From contig BFEA01000021.1 in the NCBI GenBank assembly GCA_003427395.1, positions 4,506,964 through 4,570,963 of the forward strand: a stretch of DNA of 64,000 nt, written 5' to 3'. Of this stretch, positions 61,846 to 64,000 are shown one piece after another (position 1 is the first letter of the stretch; each line of letters starts with the position of its first letter). The position numbers and the translations under genes were made by a program. This stretch comes from Chara braunii (taxonomy: Eukaryota > Plantae > Charophyceae). The notes beneath the pieces are model-generated. The model saw only the letters and a program-made list of their open reading frames with translations, had not been told where the DNA came from and ran no database searches.

Positions 61846-63759
61846 TTTTTTTCTTTTTTTTTTTGGCGAAACCACTCGAGCTAATGCTAGGGGTGCTGAT
61901 AAGAGCAGACACCACTAGCATCGTCGGGGAGGCTCCATCTATTGGTGGGGAGCAACACTTGCTGAAAAGCGGGTCCAGCGTCCTTGAACACTGTAATCAT
62001 TTGTTTGATCCTAACTGCTGATGACAATGGCAAATGATGTACACCTATGCATGCCACTCCAAGTCTGTAATGGTTCTCGTACCTATCCCCCTCTGCCCTG
62101 TTTCCCTTTTGCCCCTCCTGTATGTACCATCCCTTATGCAACTATAGTCTGCGGTTGTTTATCTGCATGCCTCTACAGTCCCATGAACACCTCAAACCAC
62201 AGTGCTGATATCCACAGCTGCAAGNNNNNNNNNNNNNNNNNNNNNNNNNNNNNNNNNNNNNNNNNNNNNNNNNNNNNNNNNNNNNNNNNNNNNNNNNNNN
62301 NNNNNNNNNNNNNNNNNNNNNNNNNNNNNNNNNNNNNNNNNNNNNNNNNNNNNNNNNNNNNNNNNNNNNNNNNNNNNNNNNNNNNNNNNNNNNNNNNNNN
62401 NNNNNNNNNNNNNNNNNNNNNNNNNNNNNNNNNNNNNNNNNNNNNNNNNNNNNNNNNNNNNNNNNNNNNNNNNNNNNNNNNNNNNNNNNNNNNNNNNNNN
62501 NNNNNNNNNNNNNNNNNNNNNNNNNNNNNNNNNNNNNNNNNNNNNNNNNNNNNNNNNNNNNNNNNNNNNNNNNNNNNNNNNNNNNNNNNNNNNNNNNNNN
62601 NNNNNNNNNNNNNNNNNNNNNNNNNNNNNNNNNNNNNNNNNNNNNNNNNNNNNNNNNNNNNNNNNNNNNNNNNNNNNNNNNNNNNNNNNNNNNNNNNNNN
62701 NNNNNNNNNNNNNNNNNNNNNNNNNNNNNNNNNNNNNNNNNNNNNNNNNNNNNNNNNNNNNNNNNNNNNNNNNNNNNNNNNNNNNNNNNNNNNNNNNNNN
62801 NNNNNNNNNNNNNNNNNNNNNNNNNNNNNNNNNNNNNNNNNNNNNNNNNNNNNNNNNNNNNNNNNNNNNNNNNNNNNNNNNNNNNNNNNGTGTGGGGAGG
62901 CGGCGACCACAGAGGGCGTTGCCCGAGTCGGGCTGGCCTGTTGACCTTGTGTCCAGGACTGGGGGGGGGGGTGTTGTGTGGGGAGGAGTAGAGGGAGCAG
63001 AGGTTGGCCCGTGACCGGGCGGTAACCGACCGGGAGCGGCTTCCATTGCCACTGTCTCTCATTCTGCCACCATGGTTTCCATAGCATACGTTGTGATGTG
63101 TCCAGTTCCCCTAGTTTCTTGTCCGGGTCCAGCCACAGCTGCTCAAAGAGAGCCATTTCTTATGATCTTTTTAGTGGGTCTGTTGTTTGAGTTAGGGAGT
63201 CTTTCAGTTGAGACCAGGCCTTATGAGTGGCCGCTTGTACAGTGTCAATAATGTGCAACTTGGCTTGCTGGTAGCCGAAGACATGTTCTTTCCTTTCATG
63301 AGAGCATCTTGCCCACCAGGCTGTCATCACGATTTGCAGTCTGGTGATCGTGAAGAGATTCCTCTGAAAGGGCGTCCATGTCCGTGCAGAGACAGGGAGG
63401 TGGCCCAATAATATCACCGTCGGGTCCCATGGGAGGTCTTGCCCAGTGAGATGGAGCCAAGCCGCACTCCACCATTGCCATATCTGTCTTGCCAAAGGGC
63501 AAAACAGCAGGCAATGTTCTAGGTCGGCTATTTGCTTCGGGGTGGAGCGACCGCAATAGGTGCAGATTGGGGACAACACCTGTTTTTGTTCCAGTTGCAA
63601 CCGGGACACTACCCAGTCAGGAGTTGGTAGGCATCTATACAGAATCTGTCGTTGCAGTGCTCTATGGTATGTCGGCATTAGACGGGCATACTGGGGCCAA
63701 GCAATGCTCTCAATCTCCCGGCTCATGAGTGTGGAGTCTCGTTCCCAGCTGTGTTTCAT
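61846..63759 (-). mobile_element. 5'-truncated LINE (family A-like zf-RVT region, 3' UTR across the gap, module 61865-61983)
   Basis: QILYRCLPTPDW..CTYC..DLEHCLLFCP; poly-T 61846-61864. Confidence 0.88.
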
Positions 63760-63806
63760 TCTATTGGTGGGGAGCATCACCTGCTGGAAATCGGGTCCAG
63801 CGTCCC
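63760..63806 (-). other. Pseudoknot module of another LINE, cut in PK2 loop 3
   Basis: gggacgctggacccgatttccagcaggtgatgctccccaccaataga joined directly to LINE ORF2 sequence. Confidence 0.85.
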
Positions 63807-64000
63807 TAGAACAATGAATCCTTTGTGTTTAACTCATGGACCAACTAAGTAGAGGTCCGCCTCTTCAGTTCTATAAGAACCGCCTGATCCATCGATAACT
63901 TACTAGCATTCCTCTCATATCTACCTAGATGATTCTCAGATTGCAGTATATTTGCACTATTATTCCTCCTCTCTCCCATACCACTTAAGATCTACCAACG

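Noticed and set aside
38495-63156. Long ORFs containing X runs
   Set aside because: Artefacts of N gaps

Overview
Eukaryotic, repeat-dominated draft-assembly window with N gaps. No intact host gene is recognisable. The repeat content resembles a charophyte alga such as Chara (inference only). Most of it is nested, degenerate L1/Tx1-like non-LTR retrotransposons from several divergent families (APE endonuclease, RT, zf-RVT). It also holds two Ty3/Gypsy remnants, a PIF/Harbinger element with perfect 41-bp TIRs that contains a nested LINE, two MITEs and many microsatellites. Three signals are not explained by routine annotation. (1) A 3'-terminal RNA module occurs about 15 times: two tandem H-type pseudoknots plus a long terminal hairpin, with compensatory base changes, shared by LINE families whose other 3' UTR sequence does not align by eye. 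(2) Type III hammerhead ribozymes with covarying stems and loop-loop contacts sit in small units embedded in (TA)n/(CA)n microsatellites. (3) A conserved ~150-aa C-terminal ORF1 domain in three LINE families resembles a degenerate Nudix fold. All coordinates and structures were read by eye; none were computed or searched.
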